Made by a program: the position numbers and the translations under genes
Assembly: GCF_006345805.1 (NCBI RefSeq)
Contig: NC_043002.1
Location: 110,236,001-110,300,000, forward strand
Origin: Octopus sinensis
Taxonomy: Eukaryota
Direction: 5' to 3'
DNA: 64,000 nt
The notes under the pieces: generated by a model
What the model was told of the DNA's origin: nothing
Seen by the model: the letters and a program-made list of their open reading frames with translations, nothing else
Database searches by the model: none
Shown: positions 37,820-51,458 of the stretch, piece after piece
Numbering within the stretch: the first letter of the stretch is position 1
How the letters are laid out: every line of letters starts with the position of its first letter

Positions 37820-37850
<31 letters not shown>

Positions 37851-38026
37851 ATATACATATATACGACGGGCTTCTTTCAGTTTCCGTCTACCAAATCCAC
37901 TCACAAGGCATTGGTCGGCCCGAGGCTATAGTAGAAGACACTTGCCCAAGGTGCTACGCAGTGGGACTGAACCCGGAACCATGTGGTTGGTAAACAAGCT
38001 ACTTACCACACAGCCACTCCTGCGCC
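37603..38026 (-). mobile_element. tRNA-derived SINE family 1
   Basis: Full-length family match. Confidence 0.9.
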
Positions 38027-38839
38027 TTTATATCTTTAGATTTCTTTAGATTTATATCAGTAATTGGAGCCCTTGCAAACATAGCTAACTGCTTCAGCAC
38101 CAACCATGAGATACTTGGCTTTGTAAAACCAGAAAAAAACATGGTATAATTAGAAAATTACTGTTAAATGTCATTAAAAGCACTGCTCAAATATGAAGTT
38201 GTAAAATATGTATATGTAAAACATTCCAGTTGTTAGCATGCTTACACACATATGTAGACTTCCAAATATGTTTGTGTAAAACATAGATATATTATAACAC
38301 AGATTCACACATGTAATGACATATACACTTGCTTATGGGCATGCATACACACATACAAACACACTTAAACACCCACATACATATACATACCTACTTGTAA
38401 ACATACATACATACACACATACATACACACACACACATATATACATACACACACACACATAGATACATACATACATACATACATACATACATACATACAT
38501 ACATGCATACATACATACATGCATGCATACCTACATACATGACTAATCCATACAAATGGAAGGTCTTTGTTTCTGGGTAAGAAACCAGTTCTTTCTCCAT
38601 AGGTGATAAAATTCAAAAATAAAAGCAGAATAATATACATACAAATAATGAATATCAAGTGAATGTTTCATTCACATCTTGGATTTGTGTTCTATCCCTG
38701 ACATTTTGTACAAATCTCTTCCATTATAGCATCAGATACAGACAGACATACCTATATTTGTATTTATATCTATATCCATCCATCCATCCATCAACCCATC
38801 TGTCTCTCCATTCGTCCATCCATCCATCTGTCCATTCAT

Positions 38840-38880
<41 letters not shown>

Positions 38881-39359
38881 CATATGAGAGGGATGACCAC
38901 TATGTGGACAACCCTAATGCTAGAAGTAGATCCGCTATGATCTTACCACTAAGAAATGTTCTCTAGAAAATTTAGCAAACACCAGAAACGTAAGCGAGCA
39001 AGACAAATGAAAAGTAACAAAAATATAGTTTAATCATAAACACATGTTTCACCATCAACAATTTACGTAATTTTTCTTACATAATTTATCTGTAGATCTT
39101 CAGTATGATCGTCCATACAAATATAATTTGAAGAACTACACACCAGACATCTGCACGAGGTCGAACATGTATGTAGTTCTACCTATTACACACTTTGGCA
39201 CGCTAAATTACAGGAAATAATACTGCATAAAATAATTCACTGCAGTAGCTTTTGCCGGTTTGAGAATGTCCAATATCCAATTTTTCACCCTCATTTTAAT
39301 TATATATATATATGTGTGTGTGTGTAAGTGTATGTGTGTGTGTGTGTATATATATATCT

Positions 39360-39845
39360 TCGTCATCATCATTTAACGTCCATTGTCCATGCTGGCAAGC
39401 TGGAAGGCTGCACCAAAATCCAGTCTGACAGTCTGGTTTGGCATGGTTTCTACAGCTGGATACCCTTCCTAATGCCAATCACTCCGAGAGTGTAATGAGT
39501 GTCTCCACGTACCACTGGCATGGGTGCCATTTGTGTAACAGCAGTATCTGCCATGACTGCGATCCTACTTGGCTTGATGGGTCTTCTTCTCAAGTACAGC
39601 ATAATGTCAAAGTCTCAGTCATTCATCATTGCCTCCATGAGGCCCAACCCTGAAAAGGTGCTTTTTACATGCCAGTTATGTGACCCCAGCATTAGTCACA
39701 ATTTCATCTTTTTGAGTCCACTTTCCATGCTGGCATGGGCTGGATCATTTTACAGGATCCATTGAACTGCAGAGCTGCATCAGGCCCCAATGTCAGCTTT
39801 GAAATTGCTAGATGCCCTTCCTAATGTCAACTCCTTTACAGTGTG
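39360..39845 (-). mobile_element. Old RTE LINE 3' fragments
   Basis: catcatcatttaacgtcc end and ctacagctggatacccttcctaatgcc motif. Confidence 0.65.
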
Positions 39846-39963
39846 AACTAGGTGTTCTTTTGTGACTCTGGCATTAGTGAAGTCACCAAAAAACTTGCAT
39901 GACAAAGGAAAGAAAGGAAATGGAAACAGCTCTTTGACTGAGCAGGAGTGTATTTGAGAGAGG

Positions 39964-40360
39964 AGTGGCGGCGCAATGGCCCAGTGGTTAGGGCAGCGGA
40001 CTCGCGGTCGTAGGATCGCAGTTTCAATTCCCAGACCGGGCGTTGTGAGTGTTTATTGAGTGAAAGCACCTAAAGCTCCACGAGGCTCCGGCAGGGGATG
40101 GTGGTGATCTCTGCTGTACTCTTTCACCACAACTTTCTCTCACTCTTACTTCCTGTTTCTGTTGTACCTGTATTTCAAGGGGCCGGCCTTGTCACTCTCT
40201 GTGTCACGCTGAATATCCCCGAGAACTACGTTAAGGGTACACGTGTCTGTGGAGTGCTCAGCCACTTACACGTTAATTTCACAAGCAAGCTGTTCCGTTG
40301 GTTCGGATCAGCCGGAACCCTCGTCGTCGTAACCGATGGAGTGCTTCCATTCCATTCCAT
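39964..40360 (+). mobile_element. tRNA-derived SINE family 2
   Basis: Full-length family match with an (ttcca)n tail. Confidence 0.9.
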
Positions 40361-40687
40361 TTGAGAGAGGGGAAGTTGGCTTTATGCTAGATATTGAAGG
40401 CTAAAGTATGATACGGAAACTAGAACAAGTGTCTGGTTAAGGTGGAGATACATGCTTACCCTGCATTATGAGAGGGTATGTGAGAGATACTGGAAGGGAG
40501 GTAAAGCTAGTGGTGATAGGTTGCCAAGATAAAAGAAGGTGAGTATAAGGAAGACCGTAGACAGTGGAGAAGGAGGGAAGGAAAAGGTGGGTAGTTCCAT
40601 AAGAGCGTTAGAGTAGAGTGACAAACGGTTAAAGTTAAACCTAGAGGTGATTGTAGGGGTGCTGAATATGTGTGGATGTATGCTTAA

Positions 40688-40908
40688 CCCTTTAGCATTC
40701 AAACCGGCCATATCCAGCCAAAATATTTAACCTGTTTTATATTGAAACTGACCAGCTCTCACGTCTCACCTCAGCCCTACCATGTCATTCTAAAACTAAA
40801 AAAATCACATCATTGAAATCTCTAAACTAAAAGATAATGCAGGATTAATTCAAAACAATATGAATAAACAAATATCACATTTGAGAGAATAATCTGAACA
40901 CTAAAGGG
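40688..40908. mobile_element. piggyBac-type MITE
   Basis: TTAA TSDs (40684-40687, 40909-40912) and TIRs CCCTTTAGcaTTCA / TGAAcaCTAAAGGG. Confidence 0.8.
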
Positions 40909-41379
40909 TTAATGGTAAATATCAGCATGGAATGGGAGGTGAGAGAAACAGAAGGGACTCAGGAGAAAGGTGACAAGCAGCAGCATTGGCAGTACAAAGA
41001 GCAGCAAGATCAGAAAGTCGGGAGAGGATTTAATATCTGTTTGGCGGACATCAGTACAAATTAGCAAATAACGTTTGTTGATTTCTATAAATAAGAACCA
41101 AAATTCCTGTTAGATTCATTGGTCCAAGGCTCTGAAGAGACACAACCAAGTCTCCTTACCTCAATGAATTGAATATGCTGTGAACACACACTATCTGAAA
41201 GAAGATGTTCTCCGTAAACAAACAAACAAAAAACAGTGATTAGAATTTGTGTATGTGAATCTGCTGGAATGTATTAAGAATGAACATGTACATCATTGTT
41301 TTGATTTTGACCGTTTTCCATGCTTGTGACAATTTATGATGTAAATTATATTTTTATTTAAAAAAAAAATTATTATTTA

Positions 41380-41669
41380 CTAGCAGTATCGCCCGGCGTT
41401 GCTCGGGTTTGTAAGGGAAATAACTATATAAGCATTTTTAGAGAGTTACTTCCCTTATAAAAAATGCATTAAAAATGGGAAAAAATGATGGTAAATTTTT
41501 TTTTAAATCGTAGACTCATCGTAGACGCATGCTAATACCCAGAAGGGCTCGATATGAATCACGACTATAAGATATCCGGTTTTGGTTAAACTGCACCACA
41601 AAATGTGGGAGTAGTTTGGAATCTAAATCGTAGGAGACAGACACACAACTTCACTTTTATATATAAAGA
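41380..41669 (-). mobile_element. Non-autonomous Helitron
   Basis: Reverse-complement copy with TC and hairpin-CTAG ends. Confidence 0.85.
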
Positions 41670-41699
41670 TATTTTGGAGGATACTTTGATATGTTTTTT

Positions 41700-42850
41700 T
41701 AGCATCTGGAATTAGAAACCTGCAAAAGGCTCAGCCTGCTATTGTAGATCCCAAATCTTCGGCCAGACCTTTGCTTTCCTGTCTTGTACCTGCTTGCCCA
41801 TCAAATGAATTCAATTCCTCCACACATTCCATCAAGCCATCCAATCCCACCAGCATGCTATTTTCTACAACTTTCACTTTCTTCTGTCTGGATCAATTCT
41901 AATTTATTCTATCTTTAACATAGTCTTACCTCTCTATGACATACAACTGAAACATATGTAAATACCTAGCTAGAAGTTCCTTTGCTTCTAGTCACAACCA
42001 ATCTGGAGCCCTCATCTGTTCTCACACTCATCGCAATAACTATACTTTTATTTCTAACATCACAACTCTATGAGAATCTAAGTCCACATTCCAAATTTTT
42101 GTCTACATTACATGTATCTGTATAATTATATGATATGAAGAAATGCCATTAAATGCCAATTGTTTCACTACATCATGTGCATATTATACGATATGTTGCT
42201 GAAACTGACAGATAAACTCAATGAGTATCTTAAAACTTATCACAAAATTTCCAGTTCCTGCAAACCTCTGGAACACCAATTCAACATTCCACACCAATGT
42301 TGAAAACTAATGATTAATCTCACAAATTACTCAAAGTCAAATCACAAGATTTTTAATAAAAAAGACTCATAATTTTATTATAATGAAAATAATTGTTTGA
42401 AGTTGTATAGGGATTTAAAAACTGCTTGGCTCTATACTTAGTAGTAACATTACTGTTGCGACTTTAATTAACAGCATCAATAAACTAAAGCCAGCAAAAT
42501 CAACATTTCAAAGACTGATAGTAATTTAGTAACAGCCGTAGATAGACAGAACATTATTAGATGCATCGCTGTTTAATAAATTCTCATTGTGATTGATCAA
42601 TGAAATAAAACACCCTGTATATTAACTTGATATAACAGCTGCACCTATAGCTATTCTGTAACCTTTTAAGTAACACATTCACTTTCATCTTTAGTAATTT
42701 AATTAAGTCCCAGGATGCAGTTGCACTTTAATGGAACCACAGACTTAGACAAACAAGGCCAGTAGAGTATAAAAGACATATACATTTATTAATGAGATGA
42801 TTCAATATAAACAAAAGATAAAAAAAAAAAAATGATGGATTATATATAAC
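41700..42850. repeat. Duplicated intron segment of the EGF exon-pair unit, lacking its exons
   Basis: Homologous to 54160-55864 and 36110-36905 (e.g. taacacattcactttcatctttagtaat...aagtcccaggatgcagttgcac). Confidence 0.75.
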
Positions 42851-42853
42851 GAT

Positions 42854-43270
42854 AGGCGCAGGAGTGGCTGCGTGGTAAGTAGCTTGCTTACCAGCCACAT
42901 GGTTTCGGGTTCAGTCCCACTGCATGGCATCTTGGGCAAGTGTCTTCTACTCTAGCCTCGGGCCAACCAATTCCTTGTGAGTGGATTTGGTAGACGGAAA
43001 CTGAAAGAAGCCCGTCGTATATATGTATATATGTATATATGTGTGTGTGTGTGTATGTTTGTGTGTCTGTGTTTGGCCCCCTAGCATTGCTTGACAACCG
43101 ATGCTGGTGTGTTTATGTCTCCGTCACTTAGCGGTTTGGCAAAAAGAGACCGATAGAATAAGTACTGGGCTTACAAAGAATAAGTCCCGGGGTCGATTTG
43201 CTCGACTAAAGGCGGTGCTCCAGTATGGCCGCAGTCAAATGACTGAAACAAGTAAAAGAGTGAAAGAGTA
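42854..43270 (+). mobile_element. tRNA-derived SINE family 1
   Basis: Full-length family match. Confidence 0.9.
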
Positions 43271-43438
43271 ACTAATGTTATATTCATGTCCTCTTGTGTT
43301 CTGGTTTTCCACTGTATTATTTCAGTTTTCTTGTGTAATGTTGGAGTGAAGTGACATACTTTTTTTCGCACCTTTTCCATATTGGTTACTTTTGACACTG
43401 GAAGTAATTTTCAAAAATAGTTGAACAATACTTTAGAA

Positions 43439-44172
43439 CAGGGGTTCTCAAACATTTTTTTTATCTATACTCTTTACTCTTTTACTTGTTTCAGTCATTT
43501 GACTGCGGCCATGCTGGAGCACCGCCTTAATCGAGCAACTCGACCCCGGGACTTATTCTTTTGTAAGCCCAATACTTATTCTATCGATCTCTTTTGCCGA
43601 ACCGCTAAGTGACGGGGACATAAACACACCAGCATCGGTTGTCAAGCAATGCTAGGGAGACAAACATAGACACACAAACACACATATACATATATACATA
43701 TATATGACGGGCTTCTTTCAGTTTCCGTCTACCAAATCCACTCACAAGGCTTTGGTCGGCCCGAGGCTATAGTAGAAGACACTTGCCAAGGTGCCACGCA
43801 GTGGGACTGAACTCGGAACCATTTGGTTGGTAAACAAGCTACTTACCACACAGCCACTCCTGCCCACTCTGGACCCCTTTGATTACTATTATATTTTGGT
43901 GGACACCCATGGCCATTTGATGTTTAAAAACTAGTTTTATAGAAACTTCTTTCAAAATCCCTAGTTTGTTTTTCACCCATTAACTTGTGTAGGTTGAACT
44001 ACGTAAAATGCTGGAGAAAGAAATCTGGCTGTTTCTTGCAATGCATACACCTAAAGTAAAAGTTTTTCAGGGCCCTTACAATTCTGTTGTGGACAATTCA
44101 CTTAATTTGTTGTGTGGAGCCCCCACCAAATCTTGTATGGACCCTCAGGGGTCATATGGCTGAGAACCACTG
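43439..44172. mobile_element. hAT (Charlie-like) MITE with a nested family-1 SINE (43468-43864, minus)
   Basis: TIRs caggggttctca / tgagaaccactg and 8-bp TSD ctttagaa (43431-43438, 44173-44180). Confidence 0.85.
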
Positions 44173-44664
44173 CTTTAGAAAATGAAGGCAGATACAAAAT
44201 ATTTAGTTATTGGTCACACTTCTTATTGACCTGAATGTAAACAATAATAGAATGATGTTGATAATCAGGAAAAAATATTTGGTGAAGTGGAAAGTTGGGT
44301 CTGCTAGACTACTGGATACCTGGTGAATGGAATTTTACTGTAGTTATGATGTTTTTGTATCTTGGAATGGTCGTTATACCAATAATAACACACACAAACA
44401 CTAATGAGTGTGTTATTATTATTGGTGTAATGACCCTCCCAAGAAACAACAAGATTTTTTTTCAACTCATGAATTCACATGAAGAATTTTGCAAGCCAAA
44501 TACCAAAGCAAAGTAAAATGTTTTTCTTATTCTTGAGTTGTTATTTATAAATATAAACCATATTATATGCATACTCATGTACTCCAATACAATCATTCAA
44601 AATTCTTCCACAAATATAATGACATAAATTACGAATCATTCCAAAATTAGCACTACATACTCAC

Positions 44665-44784
44665 CAGAGCACTGCTTGTTGTTCACAAGCTGGTATCCTG
44701 ATTTACAGGAACATTTGTAGCTTCCAACTGAATTGAGACAGTTATGTTGGCAGCCACCATTTCCTTTAGCACATTCATTTATAT
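44665..44784 (-). CDS. Calcium-binding EGF exon, type A (120 nt, phase 1-1)
   Basis: ttttccag|...|gtgagt encodes (D)[39 protein letters not shown], with six Cys and cbEGF D-x-N-E and CxNxxGSYxC motifs. Confidence 0.9.
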
Positions 44785-44823
44785 CTGGAAAATTACCATA
44801 GGAGAGAAAATTCATGCATATAT

Positions 44824-44868
<45 letters not shown>

Positions 44869-44871
<3 letters not shown>

Positions 44872-45106
44872 TTGTGAGTGGATTTGGTAGACGGAAACTG
44901 AAAGAAGCCTGTCGTATATATGTATATATATGTATATGTGTGTGTCTGTGTTTGTCCCCCTAGCATTGCTTGACAACCGATGCTGGTGTGTTTATGTCCC
45001 CGTTACTTAGCGGTTCAGCAAAAAGAGACCGATAGGATAAGTACTAAAGGTGGTGCTCCAGCATGGCCGCAGTCAAATGACTGAAACAAGTAAAAGAGTA
45101 AAGAGT
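44869..45106 (+). mobile_element. tRNA-derived SINE family 1 (partial)
   Basis: 3' portion of the family. Confidence 0.8.
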
Positions 45107-45204
45107 TAATCCAAACATGAAAACACAAAGAGAAAACACAACATGAGGATGTGAAACAAGTATAGTGTTATTGGACGCTCAGGAAAGGAAAGAAAGAAGG
45201 AGGA

Positions 45205-45237
45205 TTTAACGTTTCGAGCAGAGCTCTTTGTCAGAAA
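45205..45237 (-). ncRNA. Decayed minimal PLE-type hammerhead (G8A)
   Basis: ttt-CTGACAA-a-gagc-tct-gctc-GAAA-cg-TT-aaa, within a PLE-like repeat at ~45110-45310. Confidence 0.45.
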
Positions 45238-46051
45238 CACAGAAAAAGGAAAGATCCAAGGAAGGGAACATGGAGGAAAAAAATCACCAACAGTACACAT
45301 GTGGTCATAACGTATATATATATATATGTTATCATCATCACCATTATTGTTCAACATCTAACTTCCATGCATGCATGGGTAGGACATATATATATATATA
45401 TATCCAGCTGTATAAAAGTAAACACATTTTTTTCTTCTTTATCTCTTCCTTCTTCCTTTCATTCTCTTTTCCATTGACACTTCTTTCAGATACAAAGGCA
45501 CACACACACACACACACACACACTGTCTCTCACTTTCTCCCCATTCCTCACCTTCTTTTACAATATTATATCTCTCTCCACCCCTACACACTCAATAATA
45601 CTATAAAAAGAGACAAATCTCCTGAAAAAATTCAATCTGAAGACTCCACTAGAGTGGACACAAGCGCTTATATATGATTTATAAAAACATGTGACATATT
45701 AATAAATATCTGTAAATATAAAACCATCCAGATTTCTGAGTACCTTATTTCTTCTAATATATAATACCTGTACATCTACCAAATCCACTCACAAGGCTTT
45801 TGTTGACCTGAGGCTATAGTAAAACTTGCCCAAAGTGCCATGAGTGGGACTGAACCGGGAACCCTGTGGTTGGGAAATCCATCTTTACATTCTGAGTTCA
45901 AATTCTGCTGAGGTTCACTTTGCTTTACATTCTTTCAGGGTCATTAAAATAAGTACCAGTTGGACACTGGGGTCAATGTAATTGGCTTATCCCCTCCTCC
46001 AAAGTTGCTGGCCTTCTGCCAAAATATGAAATGAATATTATGTTACAGAGA

Positions 46052-46285
46052 AAGGTGGTGAGCTGGCAGAATCATTAGCATGCCATGCAAAATACTTACT
46101 CTTTTACTTGTTTCAGTCATTTGGCTGCGGCCATGCTGGAGCACCACCTTTAGTCGAGCAAATCAACTCCGGGACTTATTCTTTGGAAGCCCAGTACTTA
46201 TTCTATCGGTCTCTTTTGCCGAACCGCTAAGTGACAGGGACGTAAACACACCAGCATTGGTTGTCAAGCAATGCTAGGGGGACAA

Positions 46286-46319
<34 letters not shown>

Positions 46320-46690
46320 ATACATATATACGACAGGCTTCTTTCAGTTTCCGTCTACCAAATCCACTCACAAGGCATTCGTCGGCCTGGGGCTATAGCA
46401 GAAGACACTTGCCCAAGATGCCACGCAGTGGGACTGAACCCGGAACCCTGTGGCTGGTTAGCAAGCTACTTACCACGCAGCCACTCCTGCGCCTACAGCC
46501 ACTCCTGCGCCTACTTAGTGGCATTTCATCCATCTTTATGTTCTGAGTTCAAATTCCACCAAGCTTGACTTTGCCTTTCATCCCTTTGAGGTCAATAAAA
46601 TAAGGACCAGTTGAGCACTGGGGTCAATCTATTCAACTTACCCCATCCCCAAAATTCCTGGCCTTATGCCAAAATTTGAAACCAATAATG
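46052..46690 (+). mobile_element. Family-3 SINE interrupted by a family-1 SINE (46097-46512, minus)
   Basis: Head aaggtggtgagctggcagaatc; the body resumes at ~46513 with gagttcaaattcc...tttgcctttcatccc. Confidence 0.75.
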
Positions 46691-47251
46691 TTACAAAGTG
46701 CTAAAGACTTTATCTCTCTATAGCATGATGCAAAATAATGTTTCCCGATGATCTACTGTGGTTAAGCATCCAATTGCACTTGGAACCTTTGAAGCATCCA
46801 ATGTAGAGTTCCACGCAAACTCAATGGTGAAACATCCGTAGAAACAGATGATGTAAACTTAAGTTTATTGTAATTTCTCCTAGATATTCACTCTGTATAT
46901 GAAAGCTAGTAATACTAGTAAGTATAGTAGTAGCTAAACCACTATACTAGAAGCAGACTGGACGATGATAATTGATGTGGCGCTCTAAGCTCAACAGTAG
47001 CATTCGAACATCAATTTGTATACACATAATATACCATGTGTGTGTGTGTGTATGCACATGTAATTGTCTATATATTTCATGAGTCAGAAAGAATGGCTAT
47101 AGTATTATATATCATTTATACTATATCATTGTATACTTTATGTTAAGTATACTATTCCATTCAGTCATATCAGATAATTACTGAACTTGCTTCTCCTTTC
47201 TTGGCATTAATCCCATTTGGTCATATATTGGCTGTCATGAAACAGTATTAT

Positions 47252-47651
47252 TACTCTTTTACTCTTTTACTTGTTTCAGTCATTTGATTGCAGCCATGCT
47301 GGAGCACTGCCTTTAATCAAGCAACTCGACCCCGGGACTTATTCTTTTGTAAGCCCAGTACTTATTTTATCGGTCTCTTTTGCTGAACTGCTAAGTAACG
47401 GGGACACAAACACACCAGCATCGGTTGTCAAGCAATGCTAGGGGGACAAACACAGACACACAAACACACACCCGCATATATATATATATATATATACACG
47501 ACGGGCTTCTTTCAGTTTCCGTCTACCAAATCCACTCACAAGTCTTTGGTCGGCCTGAGGCTATAGTAGAAGACACTTGCCCAAGGTGCCATGCAGTGGA
47601 ACTGAACCCGGAACCATGTGGTTGGTAAACAAGCTACTTACCACACAGCCA
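47252..47651 (-). mobile_element. tRNA-derived SINE family 1
   Basis: Family match. Confidence 0.9.
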
Positions 47652-48001
47652 TGTAAATAATTATTAGATATATGTATGGGAGAGCTTATGTGAAATGAGG
47701 TAATTTGAGAATAAAGCAAGTGAATGAAATGATGTGGCCTCAGAATAGCAAAAGCACAAGTTCTGCTGAGCTAGACATGAGTCAAGGTCAACAGACAAGT
47801 AACTGATGTGTCTAGTTGCCAAGTGGTATTAAAGAGAACAGAAAAAGCCACTTGAAAGGTTTCCAAAATGATAAGAATTTAGTTAAATAATTTGACCCAA
47901 TATGGCAAGAAAGGTGCAATCAAGAAAGAATTGGAAGCACTTTGTGATCAGCAGTATATAACAACATCCAATTTTTGGGTGATAAATATATATATATATA
48001 T

Positions 48002-48622
48002 ATATTGAGAAGAAAGGAGGTCACGGAATTTTGGAAAAAGAATTTTTTTATTTACACTTTACTCTCTCTTTTACTTGTTTCAGTCATTTGACTGCGGCCA
48101 TGCTGGAGCACCGCCTTTAGTCGAGCAAATCGACCCCGGGACTTATTCTTTTGTAAGCCCTGTACTTATTCTATCGGTCTCTTTTGCCGAACCGCTAAGT
48201 GACGGGGACGTAAACACACCAGCATCGGTTGTCAAGCAATGCTAGGGGGATAAACACACACACACACACACAAACACATACACACATACATATATATATA
48301 CATATATACGACAGGCTTCTTTCAGTTTCCGTCTACCAAATCCACTCACAAGGCATTGGTCGGCCCGGGGCTATAGCAGAAGACACTTGCCCAAGATGCC
48401 ACGCAGTGGGACTGAACCCGGAACCATGTGGCTGGTTAGCAAGCTACTTACCACACTAGCAGTTTTGTTCATTTTTTGAACTTGTCAAATAAAATTTTTT
48501 TTGTCAATGTACAAAAAAATTTTATTTGACAAGTTTGAAAAATGAATGGAAGTGCTAATAATAATGACTAAATAAAAAAATTCTCTTTCCAAAATTCTGG
48601 CGACCTCCTCTTTTCCCAATAT
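48002..48622. repeat. Foldback element with a nested family-1 SINE (48060-48456, minus)
   Basis: Arms ggaggtcacggaattttggaaa / tttccaaaattctggcgacctcc, plus an inner palindrome at 48456-48560. Confidence 0.7.
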
Positions 48623-48651
48623 TCAATATCTGTACCCCACTTCTAACACTC

Positions 48652-48682
<31 letters not shown>

Positions 48683-48719
48683 ATCCCTCACCATATTGTG
48701 GTTTACCTATCACGGTTTA

Positions 48720-50303
48720 TTCATCATCATCGTTTAACGTCCGTTCACCATGCTAGCATGGGTTGGACGGTTCGACTGGGGATCTGGGAAGCCAGAAGGC
48801 TGCACCAGGCTCCAGTCTTATCTGGCAATGTTTCTACAGCTGAATGCCCTTCCTAACGCCAACCACTCCATGAGTGTAGTGGGTGCTTTTTATGTGCCGC
48901 CCGCACAGGTGCCAGGCAAGGCTGGCAACGGCCACAGTCGGATTGGTGCAATTTATGTGCCACCGGCACAGAAGCCAGTCGAGGCGGCGCTGGCATCGGC
49001 CACGATTCGGATAGTGCTTTTTACGTACCACCAGTCCAGGGGTCCTGGCATCTGCCAGGTGCCAGTCATAGGATTGGTTCAATTTCGATTTCGATTTCGA
49101 TTTCACTTGCCCCAACATGTCTTCGCAAGCAAAGGGGGTTGGCATGGGTGCCTGTCGTCGGATGAGGTTCGATATCGACTTCACTTGCTTCAACAGGTCT
49201 TTGTGTCCAAGGGAGGAAAGGCATGCATAAATGGGCTGGGCTCACTTGTCCTGCCTGGTTTTCTCACGTACAGCATATTTCCAAAGGTCTCGGTCGCCGG
49301 TCATTTCCTCAGTGAGGCCTAAAGTTCGAAGGTTGTGCTTCACCACCTCGTCCCAGGTTTTCCTGGGTCTACCTCTTCCACGGGTTCCCTCAACTGCTAG
49401 GGATTGGCACTTTTTCACACACCTATCTTCATCCATTCTCGCCACATGACCATACCAGTGCAATCGTCTTTCTTGCACACCACAACTGATGCTTCTTAGG
49501 TACAACATTTCTCTCAAGGTACTAACGCTCTGTCGAGTATGTACACTGACATTACACATCCATCGGAGCATACCGGCTTCATTCCTCACGAGCTTACGCA
49601 TGTCCTCAGCAGTCATGGCCCATGTTTCACTGCCATCTAGTATGGCTGTTCGTACACATGCATCATACAGTCTGCCTTTTACTCTGAGCGAGAGGCCTTT
49701 AGTCACCAGCAGAGGTAAGAGCTCCCTAAACTTTGCCCAGGCTATTCTTATTCTAGCAGTTACACTTTCAATGCACCCACCCCCACTACTGACTTGGTCA
49801 CCTAGATAACGGAAGCTATCAACTACTTCTAGTTTTTCCCCCAGGAAAGTGACGGAAGTTGTTTTCTGCAGATTTTTGGAGGTTAATGCTCCCGAGCATC
49901 TGCCACATACAAAAACTATCTTCCCAGTTAGCCTACCTTTGACATTGCTGCACCTCTTATGTGTCCATAGCTTACACTGGGTACATCTTATAGAGTTTCT
50001 ACCTACACCTTTTCTACAGATCGAGCAGTGCCATCTTCCTGAAGACATTTGTGGATTGTCTACCTTCCTACTTATTAGTACTTTGGTTTTAGCTAGGTTG
50101 ACTCTAAGGCCCCTCGATTCTAAACCCTCCTTCCACACCTGGAACTTCTCCTCCAGTTCTGATAGTGACTCAGCAATTAGAGCAAGCTCCCAGGGGCAAC
50201 CTGTCTTGAATTCCTCCGTAATTGCTTGGAGGACTATGATAAATAGGAGGGGGCTGAGTACTGAACCCTGGTGGACCCCAACCTCTACTTTGAATTCTTC
50301 TGT
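48720..50303 (-). mobile_element. 5'-truncated RTE-clade LINE (RT C-terminal half, 3' UTR, (GAT)n tail)
   Basis: Open frame 50300-49242 contains GVHQGSVLSPLLF...FRYLG...GSETW...RLHWYGHVARM...GRGRPRKTW. Confidence 0.92.
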
Positions 50304-50366
50304 GTATTATTTAAGCTTATGTCATTTCCTCCATTGTGTTGTTTTTTATAATAGAATAAATATATA

Positions 50367-50661
50367 TTACGGAGATGTACTCGCATAGCGAGTGATTTGA
50401 TCTGAGATCGTGTGCTGAAACGAAAACAATTGCAGCATGGAAGGTGTTTGTAAGCCATTTAAGAAACACACAAAAGCCGTTCGATTCACTTCAACATTTA
50501 AGTTTAATTTGTCAAAATATTTTCGCCACTTTAAGACCGCGACCTGTTCACTGACAAAAATCTGTGCTGCATCTGTGCAGCACAAATTTTTGTCAGTGAA
50601 CGAAAATATTTTGACAAATTAAACTTGAAGTGAATCGAACGGCTTTTGTGTGTTTCTTAAA
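50367..50661. mobile_element. PLE-type repeat with inverted duplication; G3:C8 hammerhead at 50508-50558 (minus)
   Basis: tttgtca-GTGAACA-g-gtcgc-ggtcttaaa-gtggc-GAAA-atat-TT-tgacaaa. Confidence 0.65.
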
Positions 50662-50805
50662 TAAATATATACAAATTATGAAAATAATAAAATAAACATA
50701 CAGTAGAGTAGTTTTTACTTTGCGGATTTTCACCTATCACAGGGGTTTTTGGAATGTAACACAATAACAGTTGCGGGATTACTGTATGTATGTATATATA
50801 TATAT

Positions 50806-51100
50806 ATCATCATCATCATCATCATCATCGTTTAACGTCCGTTTTCCCTGCTAACATGGATTGGACAGTACGACTGGGGTCTGGGAAACCAGGAGGCTGT
50901 GCCAGGCTCCAGTCTGATCTGACAGTGTTTCTACAGCTGGATGACCTTCCTAATGCCAAACACTCCATGAGTGTAGTGGGTGCTTTTTACGTGCCACCAG
51001 CACAGGGGCCAGAGGAGGCTGGCAAACGGCTATGATCAGTTGGTGCTTTTTACATGTCACTGACACGGACACCAGTCAAGTGGCACTGGTGGTGCAACTC
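50806..51100 (-). mobile_element. RTE LINE 3' end fragment
   Basis: (cat)n-cgtttaacgtccg end. Confidence 0.8.
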
Positions 51101-51296
51101 CCTGGCTTTCCAGTTCTCAGTCAAACCATCCAACCCATGTCAGCATAGAAAATGGATGCTGATGTTTATATATATTGATTATATATATTTGTTTATATAT
51201 ATATATATACCGGAGTAAACACATAAATGTGAAACAAGGTGGAAAAAAGAGTACTCAAATACCAGTAGTAGAGTAATATGCTTTATTTAAATAAAG

Positions 51297-51400
<104 letters not shown>

Positions 51401-51458
51401 ATACACACACATATGTAGTAGAATTGTAAAGAGAAAATACTTGGTACAGTATTATATC

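Noticed and set aside
41160-41194. Possible small exon tctttcag|...|gtaagg
   Set aside because: At 35 nt it is not frame-preserving and has no domain similarity.
43270-43400. Possible extra minus-strand exon after ttacttccag (SKVTNMEKVRKKVCHF...)
   Set aside because: No frame-compatible donor and no recognisable domain; it runs into a SINE.
49489-50388. Plus-strand ORFs overlapping the RTE element (and 58491-59650 over the Dong-like element)
   Set aside because: They are antisense shadows of retrotransposon coding sequence.
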